DNA from: Phallusia mammillata
Lineage: Eukaryota
Reading direction: 5' to 3'
DNA length: 64,000 nucleotides
NCBI GenBank assembly: GCA_965637545.1
Contig: OZ281499.1
Coordinates: 9,982,001-10,046,000 of the forward strand
The stretch's first letter is position 1. Each line of letters begins with the position of its first letter. Below are positions 1 to 13,580 of the stretch, piece after piece. The notes beneath the pieces are model-generated. The model searched no databases. It was not told the DNA's origin and saw only the letters and a list, made by a program, of their open reading frames with translations. Position numbers and translations under genes: made by a program.

Positions 1-197
1 GTTAATTTACCAACCATTGTGTGAAACAAGTCATAAAGGCCCAAAATAAAAAACAAGTAGGAAATTTGATAACTGTACCATTAAGGGTATGGTATTTGTG
101 ATCAGTCATGTTCGCATTAGGCATGCTGCATTTAACACTTGTACACCAAATGTCAAATAAGGGTGTGTCTTTAATTATATGTATTTGTTTATTACAG

Positions 198-302
198 GCA
201 GAAGAATACCAAAAGAAAAACCGAAAACTAATGATAATTTTTGTTATGGCCATTATCGTTATCGTACTTGTCATCATTTTGGCTTTGGTAAAAAAACGGT
301 AG
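198..302 (+). CDS. STX16: Syntaxin-16, last coding exon (tail anchor); gene starts before the window
   Basis: Acceptor ttacag at 192-197, then AEEYQKKNRKLMIIFVMAIIVIVLVIILALVKKR*, matching the recognisable syntaxin-16 C-terminus (AEQYQKKNRKML...transmembrane). AATAAA at about 826. Confidence 0.85.
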   Translation, partial: AEEYQKKNRKLMIIFVMAIIVIVLVIILALVKKR

Positions 303-1536
303 CACCTGTTTATGAGGTAGTGTTGTACTTGCCCTTATTTCTTCACTATATTGCTGTTCTCTCCAACAGCTTGCCAAAGGCTTTTTGTACCTTCTGGACG
401 TACCATATTGTTTAAAAATATGTTGTTTGTGTTGACGGCCTGTCCAAAGTGTGCTGCCTGTACGGTGTGTATCTTTAAGTTAAGCAATTGAAGTTTTACA
501 GCCCATTGTGTGTTAAACAAAAATATTGCTGAATTGTTTTGGTGCAAAGTTAGACTATTTGATACCAACAACATATTTTATCAATTTAAAAAAAACATGA
601 AGCAAATTGGGCATGAAATGTTTGCAACAAATTGAATATTTCTGTAACTTATTGTTTGAAAGATCATGTTTGCTGGAACAACAGCATTTTTAGCATAGGA
701 CACTGTGCTGCTAGTTTGTTTTTTGTTAGCTTGTTTCAATGTCACTAATGGACTGGGGTTAGCACATATGTTAGTTGTGTTGTGTCTATTTTGTCTTGTT
801 TTTATTAAATATTTTTACGTAGTGCAATAAAGTAATTGACCTTGTTTGTGTACTTTTTTGTGATTTTTTTTTTAATCTGAGAAGAAGCTTGTCAGGTGCT
901 GTTAATGTCAGTATATACAAAAACATATATATATATAATTAGATGACAGATTGTTTTATCCAATTACCTTCTCTCACTTTTTTAACTTCCTCAACCCAGA
1001 AGTAGGTTATGAGTTAAACTTAAATCAGTGGCAGACCATGTCTACAAATATTGGTCGATCCACTCGTTTCCTTTTCATTCACAAAAACCAGCTATGAGAT
1101 ATTTATCCACTTGTAAAACAATACTCATGTACTATTAGCATAAAGTTAGGCCATAGTCTTTACATACCCGTATGTAGAGACTATGGTTAAGCTAAGCTTG
1201 AACAAAACTGAAGTCTGCAAATCCGCTAAAGTAAGTACAATTTACCCAAAACATTGCAATGGGAAGGGAAAATGAAAAGCGGACTCTGCAAACGAGACAC
1301 CAAATCAATCGTTGTTTCGTGCAAACACGCAACAAAATTGGACTGCTGATTGAATTGAACTTTTTAATTTTAAACTTATTACTCTTGTTTATTCTTTTTG
1401 TCGTCAGTAACCTGCAATCATTAGAGCGTGTAAGATAAATGGCAGTCATGCGTTCGAATGCTTACAAAGCGGAACATGTTTCTTGAGTAGCTGGTTTTCG
1501 TTGGTTTGTTTTTGTGCGACAAGTTGTTCCGCAAAT

Positions 1537-2867
<1,331 letters not shown>

Positions 2868-3488
2868 ATTTATTCCATGCTCTACAGTGGCCATGTACAC
2901 TTGCCTGTATAACAGATTGGCTGCAAATAAAATCATGTCTAGTGGTATTTGTCAAAAAAGTGTGCTCCTGTACTGTATATTTGCTCTTCTAGTGTGTTTA
3001 AACATTTGGTGTGGCATGCAGTATGGTGCAGTGACACAAAACAAGTGCTCTGCAGTGTGTTTTAAAACCACGAAGAAATGTTAAAAACCAAGAAGAAATC
3101 ATACACTAGTTCATTTTACTACAAGCGAACGTTGATGACCATTATACATATACATGTTTTCGAAAACCACTGTTTCTCAACAACAATGTGACTAGGAAAT
3201 TCTGAGACCCCGAAATAACGGAAATCTTTTCCTTTAACAGTTAATGTGTCGACAATGAATGCAAAATGTATCGTTCTTCAAATTGTTTTAAGCCAGAAAT
3301 ACAATGTATATAATGTATGCTGCAACAAATTAAAATCAAATCAAGCACAATTACCATTATAAAGCTGTATTGGATAACGTGCTGGGATTTAATCAGTTCT
3401 TTTTTCAACAAATTGGCTTAAAACTGACAGAATTGTGGTAGGTCGTAACTATCTTGTTTTAGCAAAACTTTGTGTTTTACGTCACAAG

Positions 3489-3667
3489 CAGTGGAGGAAT
3501 TCAATTTTTTTCCAGCTGGTTCTATCACAAAAGTCATATTTTTCAGCCGGTTCTGTTACAAAAACTCCATGGACGGTAACCAGTAATGCTAACCGGTTCG
3601 CTGATGTCATAAAATTCCATGAGACGGTTCTATAGAACCGGTGCGAACCGGCTGAATCCCACCACTG
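3489..3667. mobile_element. hAT-type MITE
   Basis: TIRs cagtggaggaattca / tgaatcccaccactg; perfect 8-bp TSD gtcacaag (3481-3488, 3668-3675). Confidence 0.85.
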
Positions 3668-4119
3668 GTCACAAGCGTATAGCTTAACTACGACTTATAA
3701 CGGCGTTACAAATCATTTGGTTTCGGTTCGAGAAATTAGCTTGTTTGGTGCATCGCTGGTGCAACCCGTTCATTCTTTTGTTTGTAAACACTAGAACTAC
3801 TGCCTAATTTAGCAAAAAAGTTGACCCTAAGGTGGTTGTAACTGGTCTGAATCTAACGGTTCAGTTGAAATCAACTAAAACAGACCTGACAGATCAAACA
3901 AAACAGAAACAGATAGTAATCTTAGCGATAAAAACAAAAATCTCGGTTGGGTAAAAAGGTCAAATGGGACATACAATGGTAATTGTTACCGAATAAGCGA
4001 GTATAAACCGCCAACAACATTTGATCACATGTGTCTTGTATTATGTGAGACCTTATGAACGACCCAGTTAGTTTGTAGAAAGAGTTGTTATTTAATAAGA
4101 AATGTGAACCAAGGACAAT

Positions 4120-5006
4120 ATGACGAAGGGTGCTGTAGCAACTGGCCAACGGCCATCACGGCGGCGTCAACGTCGTCGTTCGGAAAAGTCACCTGCTGAT
4201 ATGCTGCTGGAGAAAATAGCTCGTGAAAAGATGGCTGAACTTCGACAGGTCTTGTCAGTAAGTGGTAAGTAAATGCGTGTTGAAAAAGGAATATCATTGC
4301 ACATGTAAACAAAATCATGGGCTATTTAAATTTTAATGTTTATCAAATTCTTGCAGTTATCTCTAACGCACCGACATGGGTGGACCAAGTAGCTTGAGTA
4401 AAAAACTCCTTTTCCCCCTCACTGACTGGGGGACTTTGTTTGCGCAATTATTCTGCTAGGACTTTTAATAAGCGAAATAAACTCAATTCAATTCACTGTA
4501 TAGGTCGACTTTAATATTATAAGTACAGCTTCATTGCTAAAAAACGATGTTCTATCTCAAAAACTATATTGACTTGTCATATGTAGGCTACATGTAAAAA
4601 TTGACTTGGTGCATTTCGACGAATTCCGACAAGGCGACAAGGCGTATTTGTATATCATACGCCCCGGACTTTTTGGCCAGGTTGCTGCCAAACATAGTAA
4701 TTTTTTTGCATGGGTTCGAACCCAAGCGAATCCGATCATTTTTTGTCTCTATGTGGGTCAAGGACCATTCGGCCAAGTTCCTGCCCAAAACGTAAGACTT
4801 TTTTAGATGATTACGTGGAATCATTTCCACGACACCTAGCGGAGAATCTGGATGTGTCCAGCGACGTAGTAATGAAAATGATGGGACTGGAGGAGATGCA
4901 AGCACTCCGCAAGAGAGCGAAAATTCTTTCAAAACTCGAAGCTTGTAAAACGAGAATAGTAACTGCCCTTGAAATGGGAGACGACACGGTCGGTATTGAC
5001 ACATAG
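4120..5006 (+). CDS. Putative 2-exon orphan protein (about 114 aa) with Arg-rich N-terminus
   Basis: join(4120..4264,4807..5006): donor G|gtaagt and acceptor ttttag|at give one continuous frame, MTKGAVATGQRPSRRRQRRRSEKSPADMLLEKIAREKMAELRQVLSVS-DDYVESFPRHLAENLDVSSDVVMKMMGLEEMQALRKRAK...GIDT*. An alternative acceptor at 4356 gives a short product. Confidence 0.45.
4700..4790 (-). repeat. Degenerate tRNA-derived SINE-like fragment, related to 39185-39290
   Basis: Both loci share gggttcgaaccca...cgaatcc.gatca...gggtca.g...ccattcggccaag. On the minus strand this reads as an A-box (tggccgaatgg) and a B-box (gggttcgaaccc). Confidence 0.45.
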
Positions 5007-5541
5007 CTTTCGGTGTATACTAGGTGTGCAGAAAGAGCAATGTATGACTTGAACGGCGGTTTGGCTTGGATATAGGGTTACGAGACATTCGGAATTTCTC
5101 AGACGTATCCAGAATTATTGTCTTTTTTTGTAGAATTATCCAAAACAAATTACAGTTTGAGTCTGGTATAATGGGTGTGGAGAAAAATAAGTGTAGAAGC
5201 TGAACAGTATGTAGTTTACCAAGATGTGAAGCTATGTGCAACTTCACGAGTAAGGTGTCTCTTAAACTTAGGGGCTAGGGGTATGGTGATGTATATGTGC
5301 TAAACGAAGAAAGCAAGCAATAAAAGATAACCTATAAGCAACATGATATAATTACTCTGGCATCTTTTGGCAAATCAATGACGATTTGTTGACGTTTATT
5401 TAGTGTGCGATTTGCATTCCGGGTCAATTCTTTAAATAACCCTTTGGCAAGATATAATTTCTGTGTTCATCTTTTGGCTTTTTAAACTTAAACCATGTTT
5501 GGTCATGGTGTAAGAAATAAACGTGTGAAGCAAGATAACAG

Positions 5542-5721
5542 GCTGATGATATTCCATGGGAAAAAGAAGGTTTGGACGAAGATAATGATGGTACTGGTCC
5601 AGTTGTCTTCCAGGATCCCAACGACGAAGTACATACTGAGGAAGTTTGGAAACGAAAAGCTGAACAGTCTGAAATCATGTGCCAGATTGCTCAATACATT
5701 CAAGCCTGCAAATCAAAGTAA
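5542..5721 (+). CDS. Isolated putative terminal exon, acidic; upstream exons not identified
   Basis: After aacag the frame is open for 60 codons: ADDIPWEKEGLDEDNDGTGPVVFQDPNDEVHTEEVWKRKAEQSEIMCQIAQYIQACKSK*. The acceptor is weak. Confidence 0.3.
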   Translation, partial: ADDIPWEKEGLDEDNDGTGPVVFQDPNDEVHTEEVWKRKAEQSEIMCQIAQYIQACKSK

Positions 5722-6177
5722 GATGCTGTTTGATTTGCTCAGCCTTTAGAATTAAGTGATAACTGCTGTTACCAGACCACTTTTTGTGTCAATTGTAAGT
5801 TAATATAAAGCACTTTTTATGTGTATTTTACCGTCGTTCTCCAGCGTCTTATAGATCGGTCAAAGTTTGCTTAGGGGTGCATGTGAATTATGGTCATTAT
5901 TTGGTCCGTGTGCTTGTTGCAATAATCTTTCTAACAACGAAGCTTGGTAATAACTACTGATTTTTGAATTGTGTTACCTGGAGAAAAAAATGTTATTTAA
6001 GTGTAGCCTATCCCTATCACATCGTTTAAACAATTACCTCCTGAAATTATGGCTCAAAAACCTTGTATGTGACCTTCACTTCTGCAACAGATTACGTTTT
6101 GGGGCAATTTTTTTTAAGTGCAAAAGTACGATGTGGGACAAGATAGTTAATACTCCCTGGTTAATACCTTGTTGTAT

Positions 6178-9100
6178 ATGAACCAGCAGTAAGTCGGGTC
6201 GTGATCGAACTTCAGTTTTCCATAAAACGGGCACCTTGTCCATGGCGTCAATCTAGGCTACATTTGTGTCGTAGATTTACCTTTAACTTAGAAGATCTAA
6301 CTTTCTTAATTCGGCTTTATATTTCAATAAAATTTCGAATCGGTTTCATTTTATGGTTAGAGATCGATTTCTGGACTGCAGACGGTTACAACTCTGATAG
6401 CATCCATCGAATATTCCTTGTTCGAATGTCAACACACTTTATATTACACGACTTTTCGTGGGTAATTAATCTATTTCTATTCTTCCTTGGTTAGAGATAC
6501 AGATATGGTGGAATTGATCGACTGGATGTCCAACTTCGCATTCGATATCACTTGGGATGAGGTGGGAGTGAAACCGATTGACGAGAGAGAAAGTGAAGAA
6601 GCGGATATTTACCGGTGCGTATGTTTTCCTAAATCAGCGGTTCTCAACCAGGGCCCATGCCCCACCCAGGGGGAGCACGAGCTGTGTTCCGGGGGGCCAC
6701 GGGTGTAGATTTACCAGAAACACCCATTAAAAAAAATTATTTTTAACTTTGTTCCCTAATTTAATCGGCTTTTTCACATACTATTCGTCTATATTGAGTT
6801 TTTTCACGATTACAGATTCTTGTTTACTCTATTTCGACATGTTTTAGAGCCGAAATAATAATTTCAACACGAGTTTGCCATGTACATTTTTAAGGGGGCA
6901 CAGGTCCTACAAGGTTACTTGAAGGGGGTCACGAGACCCAAAAGTTACTTTTAGGGGGCCACCTTCCACGAAAGGTTGAGAACCACTGTGCTAAATGTTC
7001 TTGCTATGTGCCTAATGCCGTGAGTGTAATAATCAAATATATTTTAAGCGTGGTCTGTTTCCTATTGTTGCTTTAACCAGAGTTTCAATTGTTTAAAGTA
7101 TTGTCACGCTTCTTTGTTTTAAGAGCGCTGTATCTAAGGCATTAGTTCGATCGTTAAACATTAGTACATAATTTATTGTTTTGTTTTTAGTGGAATAGTG
7201 CTTGCGCTGCAGAAGGCGTGGCAGTGCGCCCGCAAAATCGAACAGCTCATCCAACTTATTGGATCGGATGACACATACGACGTACTTTCCAGCAAATTTC
7301 CTCCACACATCGCAGCAGCGCGCAAAAAGAAAAAGACTATGCCGAGTCGAAAACTTTGGTGCAGGTCGGTAAACATTTTGGAAATAGTTTTTCGATGTTT
7401 GTAGCATGCACGGCCGTAACACGTTTAAAATGCTGTAAACGTTGCTTAAGAAACCTATAAGGTTTAGGTGCATATATACAGTACCTATAGGTTGTATGCA
7501 AGACACAGACTTGAAGAGGAGCTTAACTATACACAATTTGACATTGATGTGACATCAAACGGGGACATTTTACTACTCAGATGTTTTGACAATACCAATT
7601 TCCATTACTTATATGAATCAGTGCACAGTTATTCATAGTTTAAAAACACCGTCCAGCGACTAGCAAAAAAGAGTGACTAACAATTTTAAATACCAAAGCA
7701 TGTTTGAAAGTTTCAAACAAATGACTTGCTTTCATTTAAAATGTTAGACTATTAGAGCATCAATTTTAGACACAAAAATGCGTTTTGGATACTCATTCAG
7801 ACGTATTTGTAAGCTGTGCAAAAATTCGAAAGTATTTTGTTTAGTCGAAAATAGTTCACGTCTGAAAAAAATGCGCTTTTTAAACGATTTATTCTCCAAA
7901 TCAAAAATCGTAGTACGTTTTAGCATCAAACTCCGGAACAAGATTGATCAGTACTGCAAGTTTAGAAGTGGTGCAAATAAGAAAAAACAAACTGTTGCCA
8001 ATAGTCAAGAAGTTACTGTATGGAAACAAGGTATAACACTTTATAAAGCCTACAATACTTTTTGAAAATTAGCAATATTGCAGCCTACTAAATTCACTAT
8101 TTCTGGAGATTAAATATACGTGAAGAAAATAGTTCTGAACCGCTTTTATTTAACTGTAGATGTATATATGACTTTATGCAGTTCGTTTTTTAACCTTTTT
8201 GGGCCGGGTTCAGGCTTTAGTATAAATCGTACCTGTCTGCACACATAGCATGAGTTGGTAAATTTGTTCCGCATTGACAACTTTTGCATCTAATACGGGA
8301 ATCGTATCTACAATAAATCGGGTTCGGGCCGCCCGCTAACAACTTTCTGTAACGATACCCAGCAGTCTATTCTGTTTTAGTTATTTGGTCGTCGTTTTCT
8401 TTCACCAAGCGAAATAAATTTAACCTGCACTGATAACTGTATAGGTGAAGAAGTCCCTGAAAATAATCCATTAAAGGAAGTGGAAGCGATAATTTTTCGG
8501 GAAATCAGTAACTCATGGAAGGAGGCCAGTCTCGACATTATGTTCTATGTGCAAGAAGTGATTGGTCATCGTTTTACGAAGGTAATTGACCTTTTTACAA
8601 ATAAAAACTAGCAGATTGAGATTTATTCTTTTGGTTTCGACGCGTGTATATTTTCTGTGTTTAAAAAGTTGGATTGAAATTGCCTTCAATTCCCTGCTCT
8701 AGATGTAATTTTATTTTTAAGTTTCTTTCCTATGACGATCTGTGTGCAATTTTTAGTTCCAATTAATAAAGTAAACCTAACTACATTCGGAAAATATTAT
8801 TCAAATTTAAAAAGTTATTCCAATAAATTTTAAAAGCGACAAATTGTTGTTTACGCCTAAAATGTTTTTTGAAGCCTTCTTGCAAAAAGCGTTTGCAACG
8901 AGCCATGTTATTGTTGGAATTTATAAACGCAACCATTGAAGGAAAAATAAACGAAGCTGGGCAAACGAAAACTCTGCTGAGAGAATCACAGGGAACTGTT
9001 AACAGGTACAGAAAAAACACAGAGAACAAAAAGTATTTTTTTGGGCCATCGAGCGCAACGGCCCATCGAGCGCAACGTAAAACTTTTTGTGGGCAAATTC

Positions 9101-12100
9101 TCAGTTTTAAGTTTACATATATTGTTCAGGATGCAGGAAGAAGCCGCGCAAATGCAGAAAGAAATAACCGATCTACAAAAACTCGTACAACAAGCACGAC
9201 GAAAAATTGCAAAGCAAAAAAAGCAGGTACACCGGTTTATCGTTACCCAGATCAGTGGTTCTTAGTCTTCCATGAGTCGTTGCCATCTTAAATTAACCTT
9301 CAAGCCCTGTGGTTACCAACAAAACGCATAGAATTTGACCCCTTGATAACACTTACAATTTAGTACAGGCTATATATTAAACCTGACTTCTAAAAAATTA
9401 TCCGCACGATGTTTTTTAATTACAATTTTGTTTTCAGGCCTGTGGTCCATGGTCTAAAACCAGAATCACTGCCATTGGCAACCCTAGGCTAATTGTCAGG
9501 CGACCCACAGGATGGGAACCGCTGTCCTGTAGGTGGATATAAAAGCAGTTTTGAAAAACGTTGGTCTAGTTCTAGATCAGTGCTCTTCAACCGGGGTTCC
9601 GTACAATCTTACAGGGGTTCCGTGAACTTTAAGGGTTGCACAGGGGTTCGCAGCGGTTAGGTGTTGCAAGTCAAACATGAATGATTCATAATATCACTGA
9701 ATGCTCGCCTGTTCAATATTGTTAACCTTGGTTACACCATTGATCAATAGTGACGTAATAAACACAGCCATGATCCACTCCAAATTGCGAGATAATATAG
9801 AAACGACTGATCCAAGTAACATAGCAATGTGTTTCAAAGAATCATTCAACTGATATCAACTTTTATTATGTGCTTTGGGTGTGTTAAGAAAAAATGAAAT
9901 ATTTTTCTTTGACCTAGCCTACTTCTTACACTCATTAAAGTTATTTTATAGGGGGTTCCGCAAAGTTTGACTAAACACCTTGGGGGTTCCGTGCCACTAA
10001 AAAGGTTGAAGAGCACTGTTCTAGATTGTGCGTTGCAATAAGTTTAATATTTTTGATTCAACGTTGTCGCATTCGATTACAGTTGGATTCGTCAGTAAAA
10101 GAAAACGAAAAGTTGTCATTGAAAATCGGTGCACTCCACGATGATATTGCCAAGCTTCAAAAACACGTTGAAGAACTCCAGGACCTTCCGAATCAGTCTG
10201 AGTTCGATGGTAAGTCATAGATTAGAGTTGTAAAGTTGAGTTGTAAACGGGCCTAAAACTGGCGCCCGAACCCGGCCCGATCCCCAAATCGTTTTTGAAA
10301 AACCCGATTAGGCCTGAAAGTTTGATTGACAGGCCTATACACTGAAGTCCCAGGCAAGCATAAGACAACAAACACAATAGACAATTGGTCTTAAACAAGG
10401 CGTCTTAGGGTTGTTTGACATTAGGTCAGATCCAGCAACTAGCTCCTCAGCTTGGTAAATTTATTTCAAAAAAAGACTGACACGAAGTGTAATGTCAGGC
10501 CCGTGTTTTTGAACAAACCCAAGCCCAAATCCGGTTCGAACCCGGCCTAAATTACAACACTGGTTTGACTAATACTCATTCCCTTTTATGTAAGTAAAAT
10601 TCAGATTTTAAGGAGCCTAAGTCAATCCAGATTGCATTTATGTCACAGAATGCAAGGAAAGATTGGAAGAACTCGAAGAGGACTACGCTGAGCTTGAAGA
10701 AGAAGTAGAAGAGGTGAAAACTTCTTTGAACACGAAAATAGCAGAGTGCGACAGTTTAAAGAAAAAGTAAGCGCGTATTTTGCCTGCAAATATTTTATCA
10801 TGTTTAGTTTAAATTTTTTTCAAACAATGTCTTTTGCGACAGGACATGCTAGAAGGTTGTGACCGACTTTCTAAGAGAGTTTTTGTAACTTATAACAGGG
10901 CCCCGATTCAATTGAGACTATTGTGTGTTTTTTCAGGGACTTTATGTAACTCAAACTCTACAAAAGACTCGAATGACAAAAACAACAATTTTGCGACGAA
11001 TAGAACTGCTTTCTAAACACGTTAAACTTGAAAACCAATCAATTTTGTTCAGTTCAAGATTGTCTCAGTTCGTATGACTTATTAAAAACAATTTTCAAAA
11101 CTTGGGGATCTTAATGTTTATGACGTGATTTTGCACAAATCTAATTTACGTCTCTTAACAATTTCTCGCAATGCATTAAAAATAAATTGTTTCACCTTCC
11201 TGTAGGCTGGACGAGGAAAAAGAGGTCAGTGCCAATCTTGCTGAAGAAGTTCAGGCAATGGAAGAAGAAAGTGAAAAGGCAGCGAAACAAATACAAGAGA
11301 TGGAAGAAAAATTATCGGCACAGGAAAACAATATAATGTCGTTGCGACTCATGGTTTATTACAAAGACGAGGTAAACTATATTTTATGTACACAACTGCT
11401 GATTTCTTTATTGAAATGCCCGTTTCCAGCGCACGTTGTCGTATTAGCCGTGAAGTCCTATTAGGAGTATAGGTATATTTTGTGTCAGTACATCAGTCAA
11501 GCGGCCGAAAGTTGAAGATAATGATGGACAATCTCCGTTAGCATTTTATACATGTCTGGGTATACACACATACTCCAATATACGCCAGAATGGACTGTGG
11601 GCCATAGATCACTTACTCATGATGTGGCCACACACTATGGTTTCATGCACTGCATAGGTGTTATCCTCGATGGGTGGACAACGCCTCAATGCCTCATGGT
11701 CACAGTGAATCCGCCGTAGAGCTACGATCATTTTTGTTACAGTTTTTTGACTTTTAGAGAATGTGACTTTGGTTTTGCTTTATCCTTTGTATGGGTGCAC
11801 TTGGTTGGAATAATGCCGCTCAAGTTATTGCTAACGGAAACACACGTAGTCAAGACAGGATCGGAACCGTCACTGTGGGAGCACAAGGCGGTTTTGCCAA
11901 CCACTCGGCCAAATTATTGACCACATTAGTAATTTAACTTTAACGAGTCGTTTGAGATGAAATGAGATGAGATGAGACGAGTTTATTTCGCTTGGTGAAC
12001 ATAGCGACAAAATAGCACTAAAGCAATCACAAAGCCGGACATGGTTATGTAACGCAAAACAGTAAAGGAGACAATTTTATTTGTGTTGTTTATCGCATGC

Positions 12101-12282
12101 AGGTGATTAGACGCTTAAAACAAGCAGCGATCGAGTTGAAAACAAGCGAGAAACAACAAAAAACGCCAAAAAGGCCACCACCGTCCCCTGATGAGCAACC
12201 GAAACGATCGACGGAATCAGTTGTCGAGGGACCAAAGATATCTCCAACCGATCTGCAACAAAAACCCACAGTGAAGGTTTAA
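6178..12282 (+). CDS. Uncharacterised coiled-coil protein, 11 exons, about 441 aa
   Basis: join(6178..6188,6495..6614,7191..7364,7966..8030,8445..8581,8875..9005,9130..9226,10083..10209,10649..10766,11206..11371,12103..12282) = 1326 nt, GT-AG, phases consistent, no stops. The C-terminal half is E/K/Q-rich heptad-like (MQEEAAQMQKEITDLQKL..., ERLEELEEDYAELEEEVEEV). Confidence 0.8.
6635..6988. mobile_element. hAT-type MITE (same family as 60143-60490)
   Basis: TIRs cagcggttctcaacc / ggttgagaaccactg; 8-bp TSD tcctaaat/tgctaaat with 1 mismatch. Confidence 0.85.
9253..9524. mobile_element. Degenerate hAT-type MITE
   Basis: Ends cagtggttctt and gggaaccgctg; no clean TSD. Confidence 0.45.
9578..10018. 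mobile_element. hAT-type MITE
   Basis: Perfect TIRs cagtgctcttcaacc / ggttgaagagcactg; perfect 8-bp TSD ttctagat. Confidence 0.92.
10223..10562. mobile_element. Member of the cagagttgcaa-TIR / ccgaacccgg MITE family
   Basis: Ends agagttgtaaa...ttacaacactg with internal cccgaacccggcccg, as in 38633-39088. Other decayed copies lie at about 8200-8335, 14790-14985, 20157-20294, 36185-36371, 49120-49165, 55318-55447 and 63310-63665. Confidence 0.65.
11560..11912 (-). mobile_element. tRNA-derived SINE-like element (intronic); 3-prime limit approximate
   Basis: Minus strand begins tggccgagtgg (A-box, 11901-11911) with ggttccgatcc (B-box, 11858-11868) at tRNA-like spacing. Confidence 0.5.
11965..12060 (-). 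repeat. 3-prime tail of a LINE/SINE family with a pentamer microsatellite end
   Basis: Motif (gagtt/gagat)n-gagtttatttcgcttggtga...acatagcgaca recurs at about 32503, 46309, 51722 and 60527, and in the opposite orientation at about 4468 and 8400 (aagcgaaataaactcaattc). Confidence 0.55.
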
Positions 12283-13580
12283 CAATTGTTTGAATTTTGT
12301 TTTATTTAAGATTTTAAGACACTTGCCTTTAGTTTGGAGGAATTCCTTCTGTTTCTGGTTTAAGATATTAGTTTTGCTTGGTGGCTTTTTAATGTTTTGA
12401 ATTTTTCGATTAACAAATTATATAAAGCGCGAATATAAACTGTATGAAAACAAAACAAAAAAAACTAATTCTAAAGTATATTTTTTTATTAATTTGCTTT
12501 TATAAAAAAAATGGAAAATATACATGGATAAAACCTAAGCCCAATATCTATGTTCGACATCACCTAATTTGTCAAAAATAAATTCGGCATCATGCAATCT
12601 GAAAAAAAATCACTTGATATATAAAAACTGTATTGTAAGTTTAGACAAAACCTATTCCTTAGCAAAAGAATACTGCGTGCTATAACTTATTTGGTTTCAC
12701 ACTTACAATAAGATTGTAACAACTGTAGTTTCTTATCAGGCTGAAGAGACAACACCCCAAAAAACAAAGGTTGTTGAAGTACCACTCGTGGAAAAAATAC
12801 CAAGTGATGTTGTAACTGTTCCCACAAGTGAAGAGGCGGTCGTAAAGTATGATCAGAAATCCCAAAGCGACCGACTTACTCAACGTAATTTCTTGTTTTA
12901 TATTTAGGGACATTTTTTAGCGTAAAGAATTTAGGAAGTCTAGTAATGATGACATTGGTACTTAACGTAAACTTGTTCTTGTTTTTAACTTTTTTGTTTG
13001 TTCATGTTGTTTTGCACATTGTTACTTTTGGGTCCGTGGGTCGTTTTAGCGTTGAGAATTGAAGTCCCTAATTGTGACACGAGTGCTATACTGTTGTGAT
13101 CTCAAACTGTAACTTAATATTCTTTACTGGTTGCGTGCTTACACATACAAATTGTACTAAAGTAAGAACTCATATCACAATAAGTGTGGTAATAACCAAT
13201 AGATGGCGTAAAGAGCATGAAAGATAATTAGGTAAATTTTCTGAAAATGCTAACGGTTAAGGCTATTTGGGTTGCCGTCAGGTTTTATAATATTAATAGC
13301 AATGACCTGACTTATAAACTTTGTTTCTAATCCTACATTTGGTTCCTATCCTTGTCTTCAATTTTTCATTGTGTGCTTGGTGTAGTTTTTGCTCATTAGA
13401 TTAGGTACCTATTATTTGAATTTTTTGTTATTGTCTCATTATTTTTTGCTTAACGCACTATTTGTGTATTTTCTGCCCACAATGCAACATTATACGTTCT
13501 AGCAAATTTTAGCTAGTTTGGAAGTTTTTTTCTTTTACGTCCATAAGCAACGTTGTTTCTTAGTTTTTTTCGCATTTCAG

